The notes under the pieces: generated by a model
Told to the model about the DNA's origin: nothing
Database searches by the model: none
What the model saw: the letters and a program-made list of their open reading frames with translations, nothing else
Assembly (NCBI RefSeq): GCF_009914755.1
Contig: NC_060941.1
DNA length: 64,000 bases
Strand: one strand, 5' to 3'
Source: the human T2T-CHM13v2.0 reference genome, Homo sapiens
In this document: piece after piece, positions 1-14,779 of the stretch
How the letters are laid out: each line of letters opens with the position of its first letter
Position numbering within the stretch: position 1 is the first letter of the stretch
Made by a program: the position numbers and the translations under genes

Positions 1-165
<165 letters not shown>

Positions 166-259
166 GGATGCCTAGGACCCACCCTAAGAATTTCTGATTT
201 AATTCACTTGAAGTGGAGTGCAGACATCAAAGTCAGACCTCCTCAAGCTTTTAACTCCA

Positions 260-530
260 GACATGTAAGATTGTCCACTACAGAATAATTTGTAATAGCA
301 AAGACTGGAGGCAACCCTCATAGGAGCCTGGCTAAGTAAACTCTTAACTTAGAATACTATGCATCAGTTAAAAAGAATGAGAAAGATTTCTCTGCGCTAA
401 TATTGAAAAATCTCCTGAATACATACCAAAAAAAGAAAAAGAAAAAAAAAAAAAGCAAGAGGTAGAACAGTGTTTATAGGGTACTATGGTTTATGTAGAA
501 AAAGGGAGAAAATAAAAATAATACAAGTAG
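260..530 (+). mobile_element. Old L1 (L1ME/L1MC-type) 3' fragment
   Basis: TTTGTAATAGCAAAGACTGG...GAATACTATGCATCAGTTAAAAAGAATGA resembles the L1 ORF2 end/3'UTR. Confidence 0.55.
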
Positions 531-594
531 TGACAACAGGGAACAAGGAGTGACGGAATACTTTCCAAATGGGTAAGATTAAGACTTTTCATAG

Positions 595-934
595 GGCCGG
601 GTGCAGTGGCTCATGCCTATGATCCCAGCTCTTAGCGAGGCTGAGGCAGGTAGATCGCTTGAGCTCAGGAGTTTGAGACCCACCTGGGCAACATGGCAAA
701 AACCTGCCTCTACAGAAAGACCAAAAAAAAAAATAAATCAGCCAGTCATAGTGGCATGCATCTGTAGTCCCAGCTACTCGGGAGGTTAAGGTAGGAGGAT
801 CAACTGAACCCGGATCAACTGAAGCTTCAGTGAGTTGTGATCATGCTTCTGCATTCCAGCCTGGGTGACAGAGCAAGACCCTATCTAAAAAAAAAAAACA
901 AAAACAAAAAACAAACAAAAAAAACAGAAAAAAA
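595..934 (+). mobile_element. AluJ
   Basis: Dimeric Alu with J-type GCTTGAGCTCAGGAG and GCAAGACCCT; A-rich tail. Confidence 0.92.
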
Positions 935-993
935 CTTTCATGATGTCTTTATTCTCAAACATGTAAATTACCTATTTTAAAAATAAAGCTTGT

Positions 994-1300
<307 letters not shown>

Positions 1301-1347
1301 TAAAGCTTGTAAAATGAGCAGCCAGGTTTGAAAACATTGATCTCGGG

Positions 1348-1397
1348 TAAAGTCAGCAAACTGTAGCCAGGAGCCAAATTCAGCCTATTGCCTGTAT
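1348..1397 (+). mobile_element. MER58A (hAT-Charlie) 5' part, split by L1
   Basis: GTCAGCAAACTGTAGCC...GCCAAATTCAGCC...GCCTGT matches the MER58A start; remainder at 5980-6160. Confidence 0.7.
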
Positions 1398-1826
1398 TTT
1401 TTTTTAATTACAATTTTAATTTTAGAGCAATTTCAGGTTTTCAAAATTATTTAGAATACAGAATTTTTCTGTATACCCCACACCCTTTTTTTCTTTATTA
1501 ACATCTTGCATTATGGTGGCACATTTGTCACGATGAAGGAACAAATATTGATCAATTATTGTTAACTAAAGACCATACTTTATTCAAATCTCCTCAATTA
1601 TGCCCTAATATCCTTTTTGCATTCCAGGACCTCACCCTGGACACCACACTACATTTAGTCATAGTGAGTCCTTAGCCTCCTCTTGGTTGTGATAACTTCT
1701 CAGAGTGACTTTCTTTGTTTTTGATGACTTTGACAGTTTTGAGGGATACTAGTGGGGCGTTTTGTTGAGGATTCCTCAATTGAGATTTGTTTTGGGTTTT
1801 TTGGTTTTTTTTTTTTTTCTTGATTA

Positions 1827-2279
<453 letters not shown>

Positions 2280-2453
2280 CTATGTGAAAGTCCTTTGTTG
2301 ACATTAAAAAAAAAAATCCATGCTATCAATGAGATTTATTGATATCGATATTAACCTGGCTCAGGTAGGGTTTGCTGGGTTTCTCGCACTTTGTTTCTCC
2401 CTTTCCATACTCTAGTTTTTGGAAGAAAGTCACTATGTGTAGCCCACACTTAA

Positions 2454-2939
<486 letters not shown>

Positions 2940-3548
2940 ATGTGGGGGTTTTATCGTTTTGCTTTTTTAAATTTCATTTTGTTTTGGTGTTGGTTTTTGA
3001 GCATTTTCTTACTTTCTGCCACTACGAGAGGCTCCTGGCTCGTTTTGCGCATTTCCTGCTCCAGTAGAGTCAGCTATATGAGCCCTGGTTCTTTCTATAG
3101 ACAAATGGTTTTAGGAACTAAGACCAGGCACTAGGTGTTCTCATTGTTACTGGAGTGTTAGTGCTTCTAGATTCTTCCAACTGACAGAGCAAGGAGACAT
3201 ATATACGTGTGCTAACCTGTATATATATGCAGATCAATGAATATTTCTACATGTAATTATCTGTTTCTACATTAAGCTAAATCTGGATTTGTACTTATGT
3301 CTCCAACTCGAATCCATTAGCACACAGATCATTCCCATCTCCTCCCCTTGCTTATCTGTGAGCTCCCATTCTAGCAATGAAAAACCTGGCTCCCACAATC
3401 TTTGATCCATTCACTGAACTGTCCAATTCTGGCCTTTATGCATAATGGTTTCAGAATTGCTAACCCTTATCTTCCCCACAAAAAAGTGTGTGTGGGGGTG
3501 GGTAGAAATGCCAATACAGTGCTTGTATACAGCTCCTTTTTTTCTAGT

Positions 3549-3931
<383 letters not shown>

Positions 3932-4523
3932 TGACCTCATTCATTGATGTTCTTTCATACATTTGTAAGACTTCTACATCCTTCTGTCACATCTGCATTC
4001 CACCCTGGGATCCCTCAAACTCTTAAATAATATTTTTAAAACATTGTAGACATTAAGGTGCACTTTTCTGCTGTAAAGTTCTATGGGTTCTAATGAATGC
4101 CTAATATCTTATACTCACCATTACAATATTATGCAGAATCATTTCACTGCCCTAAAGAAGTCCCTGTGTTTCACCTATTCATCCTTCTCTCTTCTCTGAA
4201 CCCCTGGCAACCAACAATCTCTTTACCAACTCTAGGTTCTCTTAACTGACAGAGCAATGAGACCTATATTTTGCCTTTTCCAGTGTGTTATATAATTGGA
4301 ATCTTACCCCATGTAGTTTCTCAGACTTACTTCTTTCACTTAGCAGTATACATTTAAGATCGATCCATGTCTTTCAATGGCTTCATGCCTCATTTCTTTT
4401 ATTGCTGAATAATATTCTATTGTATAAATGTACCACAGTTTATTTAGTCATGTACCTATTGAAGGATGTCTTGGTTACTTCCTGCTTTTGACAATTATGA
4501 ATAAAACTGCTATTCAGATGCAG

Positions 4524-4873
<350 letters not shown>

Positions 4874-5979
4874 TAGGAGTGTGATTGCTTGATTGTAGGG
4901 CAAGACTAGTTTTATAAGAAACGGTCAAATTGTATTCCAAAGTGGTTGTACCATTTTGCATTCCCACCAGCAATGAATGAGAGTCCCTGTTGCTCTGTAT
5001 CCTTGACAAAAGCTGGTATTGTTAGTTTTTGAATTTTAGTCATTTTAACAGGTATTTCATTGTTTTAATTTGCAATTCCCTAATGACAAATGATATTTAT
5101 TATCTTTTCATATGCTGTTTGCCATCTATGTATCTTCTTTGGTGAGAGTCTGTTCATAATTTTTACCCATTTTTAAATTGAGTTGTTTGTAGATTGTGTA
5201 TTTTGGATACATGTCTTTTTTGGATATATGTTTTGTGAACATTTTCTCCCAGTCTGTGGCTTGTCTTTTCACTTTTATGTGATTCTATTTTGCATAGCAG
5301 AAGTTTTCCATTTTAATAAAGTCTGACATCAATTTTTTCTTTCATCAATTGTGCTATTGGTGTTATAAGAACTTGTCACAGACCCAAGGTTATGTAGATT
5401 TTCTGTTACTTTTTCTTCAAGAAATATTATAGTTTTTCATTTTATGTTTAGGCTCATGTCCATTTTTAGTTCATTTTTGTGTAAAGTGTAAGATTTGTGT
5501 CTAGTTTTTTTTTCCATATGGATATCGAATTGCTCCAGTATCATATGTTGAAAAGATTATCCTTTCGCCGTTGAATTGCCTTTGCTCCTTTGTCAGTGAT
5601 CCACTGACTGTGTTTGTGTTGGTCTCTTTCTGGGCTTTCTATTCTGTTCCATTGATCTATTTGTCTATTCTTTCACCAATATCACTCTGTCTTGATTAGT
5701 ATAGCCTTAGTGTGAGATATCTGGTAGTGTGAATCTTGCAATGTTGTTGTTATTCTTCTTCAGTATTATGTTACCTTGGCCCTTTCATATAAGCCTTAGA
5801 ATCAGTTTGTCATTCTCTATAAAATAGCTGCCTGGGATTTTGACTGGGATTGTGGTGAGTGTACAGAACAAGTTAGGAAGAAATGATATCTAAACAATAT
5901 CAAGTCTTCCAGTCCATGAACATAGAATATCTCTCCACTTATTACATTTTTGTATTTTTAATCAGAATTTTGTAGTTTT

Positions 5980-6160
5980 CCTGGTTTTGTAAATAAAGTT
6001 TTATTGGTTCACAGTCATGCTTTTTTTTTACATATTATCTGTGGTTGCCTTCATGCTGTAACGTCAGACTCGACTAGTTGCGACAGAAACCATGTTATTC
6101 ACAAAGCCTAAAACACTTACTATCTATCTGGGCCTTTACAGAAAAAGCCTGATGACCCCC
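5980..6160 (+). mobile_element. MER58A 3' part
   Basis: TTTGTAAATAAAGTTTTATTGG...AGTTGCGACAGA...AAAGCCTAAAA...CCTTTACAGAAAAAG...GACCCC. Confidence 0.85.
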
Positions 6161-6449
6161 AATTGAGAGTTCAAATCGCAGAGCATCTTTTCTGTGATCC
6201 TGTTTTCTACGATCTCCTTCTCCTCATGGACTTTGGAAAAGAAAACATCCTCTAAAAGAGGAATAAGAACATCTGGAGCCTCAGCAATGGGTTAGAAACT
6301 CTTCTTTTGAGGAAGTGGGTGGGGAATCAATAGTAACCTTCCTTATTATCCAGATTTCTCTGGCTGAATTTAGAAGTAGGCTTTTTGTTTGTTTGTTTGT
6401 TTGTTTGTTTTACATTGTGTTTATGTTCTAAGCTCAGTACTATTGGCCT

Positions 6450-6530
6450 AGAAGTATCTCAATGTCCATTATAGCAACCGGAACATAGGAGGTTTTTAAT
6501 AAATATTTGATAGATGAAATATGAAATAAA
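6450..6530 (+). mobile_element. L2 3' end
   Basis: GGAACATAGGAGG...AATAAATATTTGATAGATGAA. Confidence 0.5.
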
Positions 6531-6534
6531 TTAT

Positions 6535-6703
6535 GGCGCTGGGCACGATGGCTCACACCTGTAATCCCAGCTACTTGGGAGGCTGAGGCACGAGAATCGC
6601 CTGAATCCAGGAAGAGGAGGTTGCAGTGAGCTGAGATTGTGCTGCTGTACTTCAGCCTGGGCCACAGGGCAAGACTCCGTCTCAAAAAAAGAATAACAAT
6701 AAT
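6535..6703 (+). mobile_element. Monomeric Alu (left-arm start fused to right arm)
   Basis: GGCTCACACCTGTAATCCCAGC runs directly into TACTTGGGAGGCTGAGGCACGAGAATC; A-rich tail. Confidence 0.88.
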
Positions 6704-6954
6704 AATTATGTAAGAGAGAAGAAAAAACAGTTACTCTGAGGTCTGCTAAAGTGCAGGAGTAACATCCTCAGGAGCTATGGAAACAGAACTAGGGACAACT
6801 GGCACAGATGCATGGGCCATGTGGCTAGCAGCAGATGTATGGGAAGGAAGGTCCTTCTCGTAAAAAAAGCTGTCAGATAACACCACGCACTCGTTTTCAC
6901 ACTTAGCAAATGTAGTCTTGAGTCGTGTCTGCACCAGTACTAAAGCGATATGGA

Positions 6955-7110
6955 AATAATATTAACCACCATCATGTTCCAGGCACTGTGCGAGTGTCTT
7001 TATAGAATACACCAATCCACACAACAGCTCCAAGGTAGCCTTTAGCGTTCCTGTTTTGTAGTTCTGCAAACTACCAAATCAGATAGCAAAATGACTTCCT
7101 TAAGATCTCC
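6955..7110 (-). mobile_element. MIR fragment
   Basis: ATGTTCCAGGCACTGTGC...CACAACAGC...AGGTAG...TTTTGTAG. Confidence 0.5.
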
Positions 7111-7699
7111 TTGTTTTGAAGTAGCAACACCAATGCTAACTGTCCTGGGGAAGAAGAATCTTGCTCTACATCACACCTTCCAGCTGCATCAAGCACCAGC
7201 AAATAGCACAAGATGCTGTATAGCTCCTGGCTTTCATTCAGTCAGCATGTATAGATGCCCATCTCCAGGGATGTCAAAGGAGTATCATAGACGTTACAAT
7301 ACTAGAAAACATCTTTCCATGTCTGTGAATGTCTATCCCTAACCCTAGTCTGTCAGTCAATCAGTTGGTCAGCCAGGGGAGTGACTTCAGTTGAGGACAC
7401 AGCCCTCTGCAGCAGGTGTTACAGGGACATCAGCAAAGGGACAGACCTACTTCCTGCCCACAGGAACCTTATGCTCTCCTGGGAACTCACATACCCCTGC
7501 CCTACAAGGAAAGTCAATGAATCCATTAAAAACTGCAGTGAGACAAATGATCATTTCTATACAGATTTATATACACCGGCATTGGTTGAGTGTGATTAAA
7601 AAGCTGTGGAGCCTTCAAACCCTTCAATTATTCATGCCTTTCATTTATATAACAAATCCTCATCAGTGTCTGATTTCCACTGTTCAAGTAGCCATTTAA

Positions 7700-7890
7700 A
7701 AAAACTAACATTTTTGGAGCGCTTAACTAATTATTTGTAGCATTTTTGTGGTAGATTTATATAGACCTCACAATATATCAACCATGCAAGGTACCTAGGA
7801 CAGGAATTATTATTATACCCATTTCAAAGATTTGTATATCGAGGCTCAGAGAGGTAAGGTGATTTGTCCAAGGTCACACAAGCTGGCAAG
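7700..7890 (-). mobile_element. MIR
   Basis: Core GAGGCTCAGAGAGGTAAGGTGATTTGTCCAAGGTCACACA. Confidence 0.8.
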
Positions 7891-8514
7891 ACAAGGCCTG
7901 TCCACCAGCCTACAGTTCCTTTGCTATTGTCATGTCCCCAAAGTTCTTGTGCCCTAATCCTTTCTCTCTAACCATGTAGAATAGAAAGAGTAGGTTCCTA
8001 AGAGTCAGAGAAGAAGACTCTGGCATCTCATGACCACTTGGCTAGACTCCTTCCCCAGAGGGGAAACTTGCTCTGAGCAAGTTTCAAAGAATGTCCTCAT
8101 TCAACTTCTGACCCCAGTAGTGGCACAGCCCACATGTGAACCAGAGAAAAGTGGTAATCAATAATGGTGACCTTGTTTTTTCAAGCTTTTGTTGAAGGTC
8201 ACAGGTGTTCACAAACTCTTCCCTCTCTTCACCCACTAATGTCTTAGATCCTTTCTGAAGGGCAGGCTGAAGGGCAGAAATGTTAAATGGATTAACTATT
8301 CCATGCATGGGCAGAGATTATGACCCAAGTCCCCATGATACTAAGGCTGATCTCCAATCACCCATCCAATGCTGTTCACCTTGGAAAAGATCTGGCATGG
8401 TTTACTAATGATGGGCCAGGTGCCACAAGCATTCCAATGCATGCTTTAAAATGCATTCTCAGCAGTGGGAATGGACTTGCCTACATCCTTCAAACTCATT
8501 CCAGACAGGAGATT

Positions 8515-8602
8515 ATTTTATCTTGTTCACTCTGGTGTCCTGACACCAAGCACAGTGCTTGGCCCATAGCAGGTGACCAATACATCTTTATTGAATGACT
8601 GA
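8515..8602 (+). mobile_element. L2 3' end
   Basis: TCTTGTTCACT...GCACAGTGCTTGGCCCATAG...TTGAATGA. Confidence 0.7.
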
Positions 8603-10605
8603 AGCTATCTACACCACCTCTGTCCTTGAGCTAAGTCCATGACACAGAGGCCAAGCAAGATCAATCCATTTTCATGGCATTGAACTTACAATCCTGGATG
8701 GACTCTTTCTCATGCTACACGGACTTACACAAACATGGTTATAACATACAACCAGAATGGAGGAGGGGCACCGTGAGGATTGAAGGAGGCAAGGTAAGCA
8801 GGTGCTGAGCTCTGAGCTTCACACTATCTGGACTGGAGAGACCAGTTCACTGATAAATTAAAGATGCTCAAATGTAGAAGATCCTTGGCAGGAAGGAAGG
8901 GTCTTGAGCCATTTTGAAGCAGGCAATTCATTTTGTGATTCAAGATTCCAGATTGGTGGTTCTAAAGATTAACTTGTAGAAAACTCAGAAGTACTAGATA
9001 GAATAAATGCCTGCCTTAGGGGGAAGTATTATTATTATTGCTTTATTTTTCCCTGGGAGGAAGAATTACTACTACTCGATGACTTCTACTACTACTACCA
9101 TTACTATTACTATTTCCTTCTCTGACCCCTTTTTTCCCTTTGGCTTAAACGTCTTACTAGAATTACTCAGGAGATCATAAAGAGAGAGCTACCAGCACTC
9201 TCTTCCCCAACCCCCACCAAATTTGTTTTAAAAATATGTATGAAGCTATAGAGAGAGGCAGATCTCAGAAGATTGGGCAGAGCTACCGCAGCTGCAAAGT
9301 TATAAGCCCATAAATAAAGTTTATGGTTAAACTGGCCTGACCTGGCTTTGCCCCTAGGTACAGAAGCAGTATCTTGTCATTAGTATGCAGAATACATCAG
9401 CCTGAAGTCTGCTCATTTGTTCTCAAGCCACTTGGCTCTATAAATCTTTTGGAAAGGGTGGGGCGGGGAGTTGGGGAGCCAAAGTGAGGGGCAGACAGAA
9501 AAAGAGCAGGGGAGGGAGGAGATGAGCCAGGGCTGCTAAGAGGAGTTTCTCTACTGCAACCCAACAGGCGGCCACTGGCTCATGTCACTTGGTGGAGGGA
9601 AAATCACAGGTCCCATAAAATAAACTATTTTGCTTCTCCAGCCATAGATAAAAATGTGAGAGACTATGGGAAACAAAATCTAAGCTGTAAGACTTGAACT
9701 TTGTTTACCCCTTCTAGTTCAAAAAACAAGTTCAAAGTTACTTGTCCCAGGATTTTACTTAAGAAGGAAAAGCCTCCCGCTTTTTTGTTGCTTATTTTTG
9801 CCTTTGTCTTGTTTTGATGGTTTGTTCTTCAGTCCAAAGAAAGGACTGGATTTTGCTCTCCCACACCACACAGAGGGCTCTTGGAAAAGCTGATGGGGTC
9901 GTTTTCAATACCTCCATCCTCAGCAGACCACTGAGTGGGGGGGATGCTCAGCTCGCTGCCATCTCCGCTGAGGAGTACATAGGAGAAAACACAAGGACGA
10001 AGGGGCATGCAGGAAAGCTGAGCTTGCAAACCTCCCTGAACTCTAGGGTATGGAGAGCTGATGTAGTTTGCTGAAGATGAACATTTATTTCTCCTTTGTT
10101 GGGGTAACCTTCAGTCTATTTCTCCTGCTGTAGGAACCCAGGAATGAATACTGATTCTGCCAGTCTCTTTTCTGGAGACCCTGGCTGCCAGTGGAAGAAA
10201 GGACATGGGGGAAGAGGTGGGTCTTGATAGTTGTTGCCTCTTCAGTGCTTTCACATTTCCCATTGGACAGCAAGCAAAGAGGCATGTTTTCTTCAGTCTC
10301 CACCAGGGCAGAAAGGACACATCTGGGCGCCTTGGAAAGCTGTTGCCACGATCATCGCAGAGCCTTGCCAGGGAAGGCTGGTGGCAGGGAAGGGCAGGAA
10401 GATGCAAAAGAGGGCCTAAGCACCACTCGGAGACCGCCCATCCCCCAACATTGTTGTCTGCATGAAAGATGGTTAAAATTAACCTCAGGGGCAGCCTTCA
10501 AGGGGAAATTGGAGGGAAGGTCTTACAGGGCCTCAGGGCTGTGGGTGGAGGAGGGGGCTAGACTGCAGTTTCCAAGCTGTCTGTGCCAATTCCTGATGAC
10601 TTGGG

Positions 10606-10911
10606 GTTTTTTTTTGTTTTTTGTTTTTTGTTTTTGTTAGACAGAGTTTTGCTCTTGCCGGGGCTGAAGTGCAGTGGCGCCATCTCAGCTCAACCTCTGC
10701 CTCCTAGGTTCAAGTGATTCTCCTGCCTCAGCCTCCCGAGTAGCTGGGACTACGGACATGCACCACCACACCCGCCTAATTTTGTATTTTTAATAGAGAT
10801 GGGGCTTCACTACGTTGGTCAGGCTGGTCTCGAACTCCCGACCTCAGGTGATCCACCTGCCTTGGCCTCCCAAACTGCTGGGATTACAGGCATAAGCTAC
10901 CTTGCCCGGCG
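10606..10911 (-). mobile_element. AluS (Sq/Sp-like)
   Basis: Antisense dimer, GAGTTTTGCTCTTG, TTGGTCAGGCTGG; TSD GACTTGGG. Confidence 0.93.
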
Positions 10912-10993
10912 GACTTGGGAGAACTTTCAGGTGGTGGGTTTGTAGTTGAGCCTCAGGCCCTTTATTTTAAATATGCATTTTCTTCCTTTACTC

Positions 10994-11120
10994 CAGGGAT
11001 TCCCACCTGCAGCATTATTTATATTTGAGGCTAGGTAATTTGTGTGTGTGCATGCAAAAATGTCTCTAGACATTGCCACATGTCCCCGAGGGCAAAACTG
11101 TCCCCAGTTGAGAACCACTG
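10994..11120 (-). mobile_element. MER20 with internal deletion
   Basis: AAAAATGTCTCTAGACATTGCCA...GGGCAAAA...GTTGAGAACCACTG terminus. Confidence 0.8.
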
Positions 11121-11333
11121 TTCTACAAATCTCCTGCCTTTTGCCTCTCCAATTCAGTGGCCAAGAGTCAAGCATGGCCAAGGGCAAGCAGGGCCCAAGG
11201 CAAGTAGCAAGAAAGGAAATACAAAAGGAGGCCCTCAGCTTCCAGAGTTTCAGGAATTTATTCCTCCAGAGTGCTTTTAAACTCATCATTAGAACAAAGA
11301 ACAAACACATACAAGCAAAATGATTCTTCAGGT

Positions 11334-11490
11334 CAGGCTGCACAATTTAGCAAAAAGGAATACTTTTTGTTATTTTAGTATGAGCATGTCCTACATAGTA
11401 TTTGGAATATACTTTTACTAAAGAAAAAAATGGTCGTTTATTCGAAATTTGAATGCACCTGAGCATCCTATATCTTATCTGTCAACAGTA
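11334..11490. mobile_element. MER53 (palindromic hAT MITE), partly deleted
   Basis: ATTTAGCAAA...TTTTAGTATGAGCATGTCC...TACTAAA...TTATCTGTCAAC. Confidence 0.7.
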
Positions 11491-11570
11491 TCTTCAGGTA
11501 GAGGTAATCATACGGGGAAAAAATCCAGAAGGAGAACACATGTCCTCATTGGGCAGAAATATCCCATTTT

Positions 11571-12080
11571 GGCCAGATAGGGTGGCTGATGTCTGTAATC
11601 TGAGCACTTTTGGGAGGCCAGGGTGGGAGGATTGCTTGAGCCCAGGAGTTTGAGACCAGTTGGGGCAACATTGGGAGACTCCATCTCCACACACACAGAC
11701 AAAAACATTTTTTTAAAGTTAGCCAGGCATGTCACTGCACTGAAGCCTGGGGAAGGAAGGAAGGAAGGGAGGGAGGGAGGCAGGACGGGACGGAGGCAGG
11801 ACGGGAGGGAGGGAGGCGGGGGGGGGGGCAGGGAGGGAGGCAGGCAGGGAGGGAGGGAGGCAGGCAGGGAGGGAGGGAGGGAGGGAGGCAGGCAGGGAGG
11901 GAGGGAGGCAGGCAGGGAGGGAGGGAGGGAGGGAGGCAGGCAGGGAGGGAGGGAGGGAGGCAGGCAGGGAGGGAGGGAGGGAGGCAGGCAGGGAGGGAGG
12001 GAGGGAGGGAGGCAGGCAGGGAGGGAGGGAGGGAGGCAGGCAGGGAGGGAGGAAGAGAGGGAGAGCAACATGAAAAAAAA
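11571..12080 (+). mobile_element. AluJ with deleted right arm and a tandem repeat expanded at its 3' end
   Basis: Left arm, CACTGCACT...AGCCTGGG remnant; TSD AGAAATATCC(C/T)ATTTT at 11555-11570 and 12080-12095. Confidence 0.85.
11751..12062 (+). repeat. (GGAA)/(GGAG)n/(GGCA)n compound tandem repeat
   Basis: About 310 bp of GGGA and GGCA tetramers in ~20-24-nt higher-order units. Confidence 0.97.
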
Positions 12081-13970
12081 GAAATATCCTATTTTCTTGG
12101 AGCAGGATTTTACCTGTAATCGAAAAAACGTAAAAGAAGACAGCCCTCACCTTCAGACCACTGAAGCACTCTCAGAATTCTGGCGGCCCCAGATGACCAG
12201 GGAATGTGTGAGTGATAGTCTAGACTCCTCTTGGTCTGGAAAAGCGGCCTCTGCTCCCCACTGGTGGTCCTATTTGCACACCCACATTGGAGAATCTTCC
12301 CTCTGCGCTTGGCTGCAGAGGAAATGTGACCCTGGGTGGCCGAGTCTCTGCCAAGCTTTATCTGGAAGGGGAGATGTGACCACTTCATAAATCCACACGG
12401 AACAAGCATGTTTTCTGCTGGAGCAGGAGATCTTCACTGGCCTTTTTTTCTGTCATCAATCTTGTTTCCTCTTTGAAGGAGAGGGCCCATTACTCATGTC
12501 CTGACAGAATCAAAAGAGAGAAGGAGGGGCCCCGGAGAAGAAGAGAGACCTAATGCGGCAGGTGCAGCCTCTGAGAATCCGGGGCGGAGATGGAGAGGGG
12601 GCACAGGTGTGGGAAGGGGAGACTGACACAGCCGGCTCTCTGGAGGAGCTCACCCTGCTGGCTCAGCTGAGTTTAAGGGGGAAGCTGCTCCTGGGGAGAG
12701 GGAATAGGAAGCAGAAGGGGATTCATCACCAGCACAGACACACAGCTGCGTCTGCAGCTCCTTCAGACCGTCAGAACCTCTGGTTCAGGAGCAGGAACAC
12801 AGGTGTCAGACCCACGTCTCCATCTTGCCCTGGCTTCTGACTCTGGGCACCCACTCCCCCATATAGGCTCACATTGTTCGTTTGTTAAGTGAAGGGCCTG
12901 ACCCAAATGCTTCCTGGATTCCCTCATGTTGTCAAATTTGACCTTGGACTGTTCTGCTTTGCCTTCCATTTGCTTCCTGTGGAACAGGGGGATGCCCAAG
13001 CTTGGGCTGTTTTGCCATTTACCTCCTTTGGTGAAATTCTGACACTCTGAGAATCCCTAGGAAACTCCTGAGTCCTGTGAATTTCTTTGCAGTTGATGCA
13101 AAGAGATATGACGTCTAACGGGAGGACACAGCCTCTCAGAGGATTAGCCACCAGGAATCCTAGTGGCTGAGGATAAGCAGTCCTCCTTTACAGGGTAACC
13201 TCGAGGGAACCAGGTACCTTCTAAGACTCAGTTATACCCACCTGCAAAGCGGGGAAAATAATGCCTGCACAGCTTACCTATTGGGACAGCATTTGAGACA
13301 GCTGCTATGGAAGCACTTTTTTTTTTTAACATAGAACAAAGCTCGCATACATTATACATAATTGTACACACGAGTGCGATACATGCACATACAACACATA
13401 CACACGCAGGGCGATGTGAACCCAGCAGTCCCTGGACTTCGAAAATGGAAATGAAATAAGAGTGTGTCTGGGAAGGGAGGAGGCCAGGTCTTGGGGAAGA
13501 AACTGCCAGTCTGTCTTCCCTCCAGGACAACAGCTGAATCCCAGAGCCTCATCAGACAGGCCCTCCATGTCTCAGTAAAACTAAACTGACAAGCATGACC
13601 CCTCCTGCACAGTTCACCTTATTGAAGCTGTCTGGTAGGTGAGACATTTATTAACATGGATGGACTGCCTACTGAGAGGGCCCTGCTGCTGGGCTCAGCA
13701 GAGCGAATTCCGTCCCCAGATGCAATAAGTCTCCACTTCAATGTGGAATGTGATCATGTCCTCCTTGCTGAAGGAAGGTCGTGCTTTTGACGTGAGGATT
13801 GTTGATCCACAGAGTGGAGGAGCTCCAAGTGCAGATTCCAGCACCAGGAGGCATGTCGTTCCACAATTCTGGACTGGTCACTTCAAAACTCAGTTTCCTA
13901 ATCTAGAAACTGGATAAAAACTGTTCAAGGAAGAAATAAGAACAGGGAGGGAGAGCGGTAAAATAATCAC

Positions 13971-14304
13971 TGATATGGTTTGGCTGTATTCCCACCCATA
14001 TCTCATCTGGAATTCCCACGTGTTGTGGGAGGGACCCCGTAGGAGATAACTGAATCATGGGGGTGGTTTCCCCCATACTGTTCTCGTGGTAGTGAATAAG
14101 TCTCAGGAGATCTGATGGTTTTATAAAGGGAAACTCCTTTGGCTTGGCATTGATTCTCTTGTCTGCCACCATGTGAGATGTGCCTTTCACGATTGTGAGG
14201 CCTCCCCAGCCACATGGAACTGTAAGTCCAGTAAATCTCTTTCCTTTGTAAATTGCCTAGTCTCAGGTATGTCTTTATCAGCAGTGTGAAAACAGACTAA
14301 TACA
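13971..14304 (+). mobile_element. THE1-type MaLR solo LTR
   Basis: TGATATGGTTTGGCTG...CAGACTAATACA; 5-bp TSD ATCAC. Confidence 0.93.
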
Positions 14305-14779
14305 ATCACTGACTGCATCATCCCATTAGAATGCTGGATGGGTCACAAGCCAGTTCTCTACACTAGGCACCCGGCACACATACCTATATTTAAGATAAAA
14401 CATTGGGGAAAAATCCCAGGGCCAGCTTAAGCCACAAGGCATACATGTTAGCTGTCTATTGCTAATGTCCAAATGACCCCAAACCTTAACAGCTTGAAAT
14501 AACAAACATTTAGCATCTCATAGTTTCTGTGGGTCAGGAATCTGGGTGCAGTGTAGTGGGGTCCTCTGCCCCTGTGAACCTCACAGGCTGCAGTCATCTC
14601 AAGGCACAGCTGGGGTGGGGTCAGGGTGGGTGAGCTTCCAAACCCACTCACATGGCTGTTGGATGGAGGGCCTCGGATCCTCCCTGGCTGTTAGCCTGAT
14701 GCTCCATCAGTTCCCTATCACATGGGCCTCTCCGCTGCAACTCACAACCCTTTAATCGACTTTCCTTCAAACAAGGGAG

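Noticed and set aside
11508-12390. ORFs of 255, 187 and 143 aa (GGRE/PPSL repeats)
   Set aside because: Translations of the stop-free GGAG/GGCA tandem repeat plus Alu; no gene structure.
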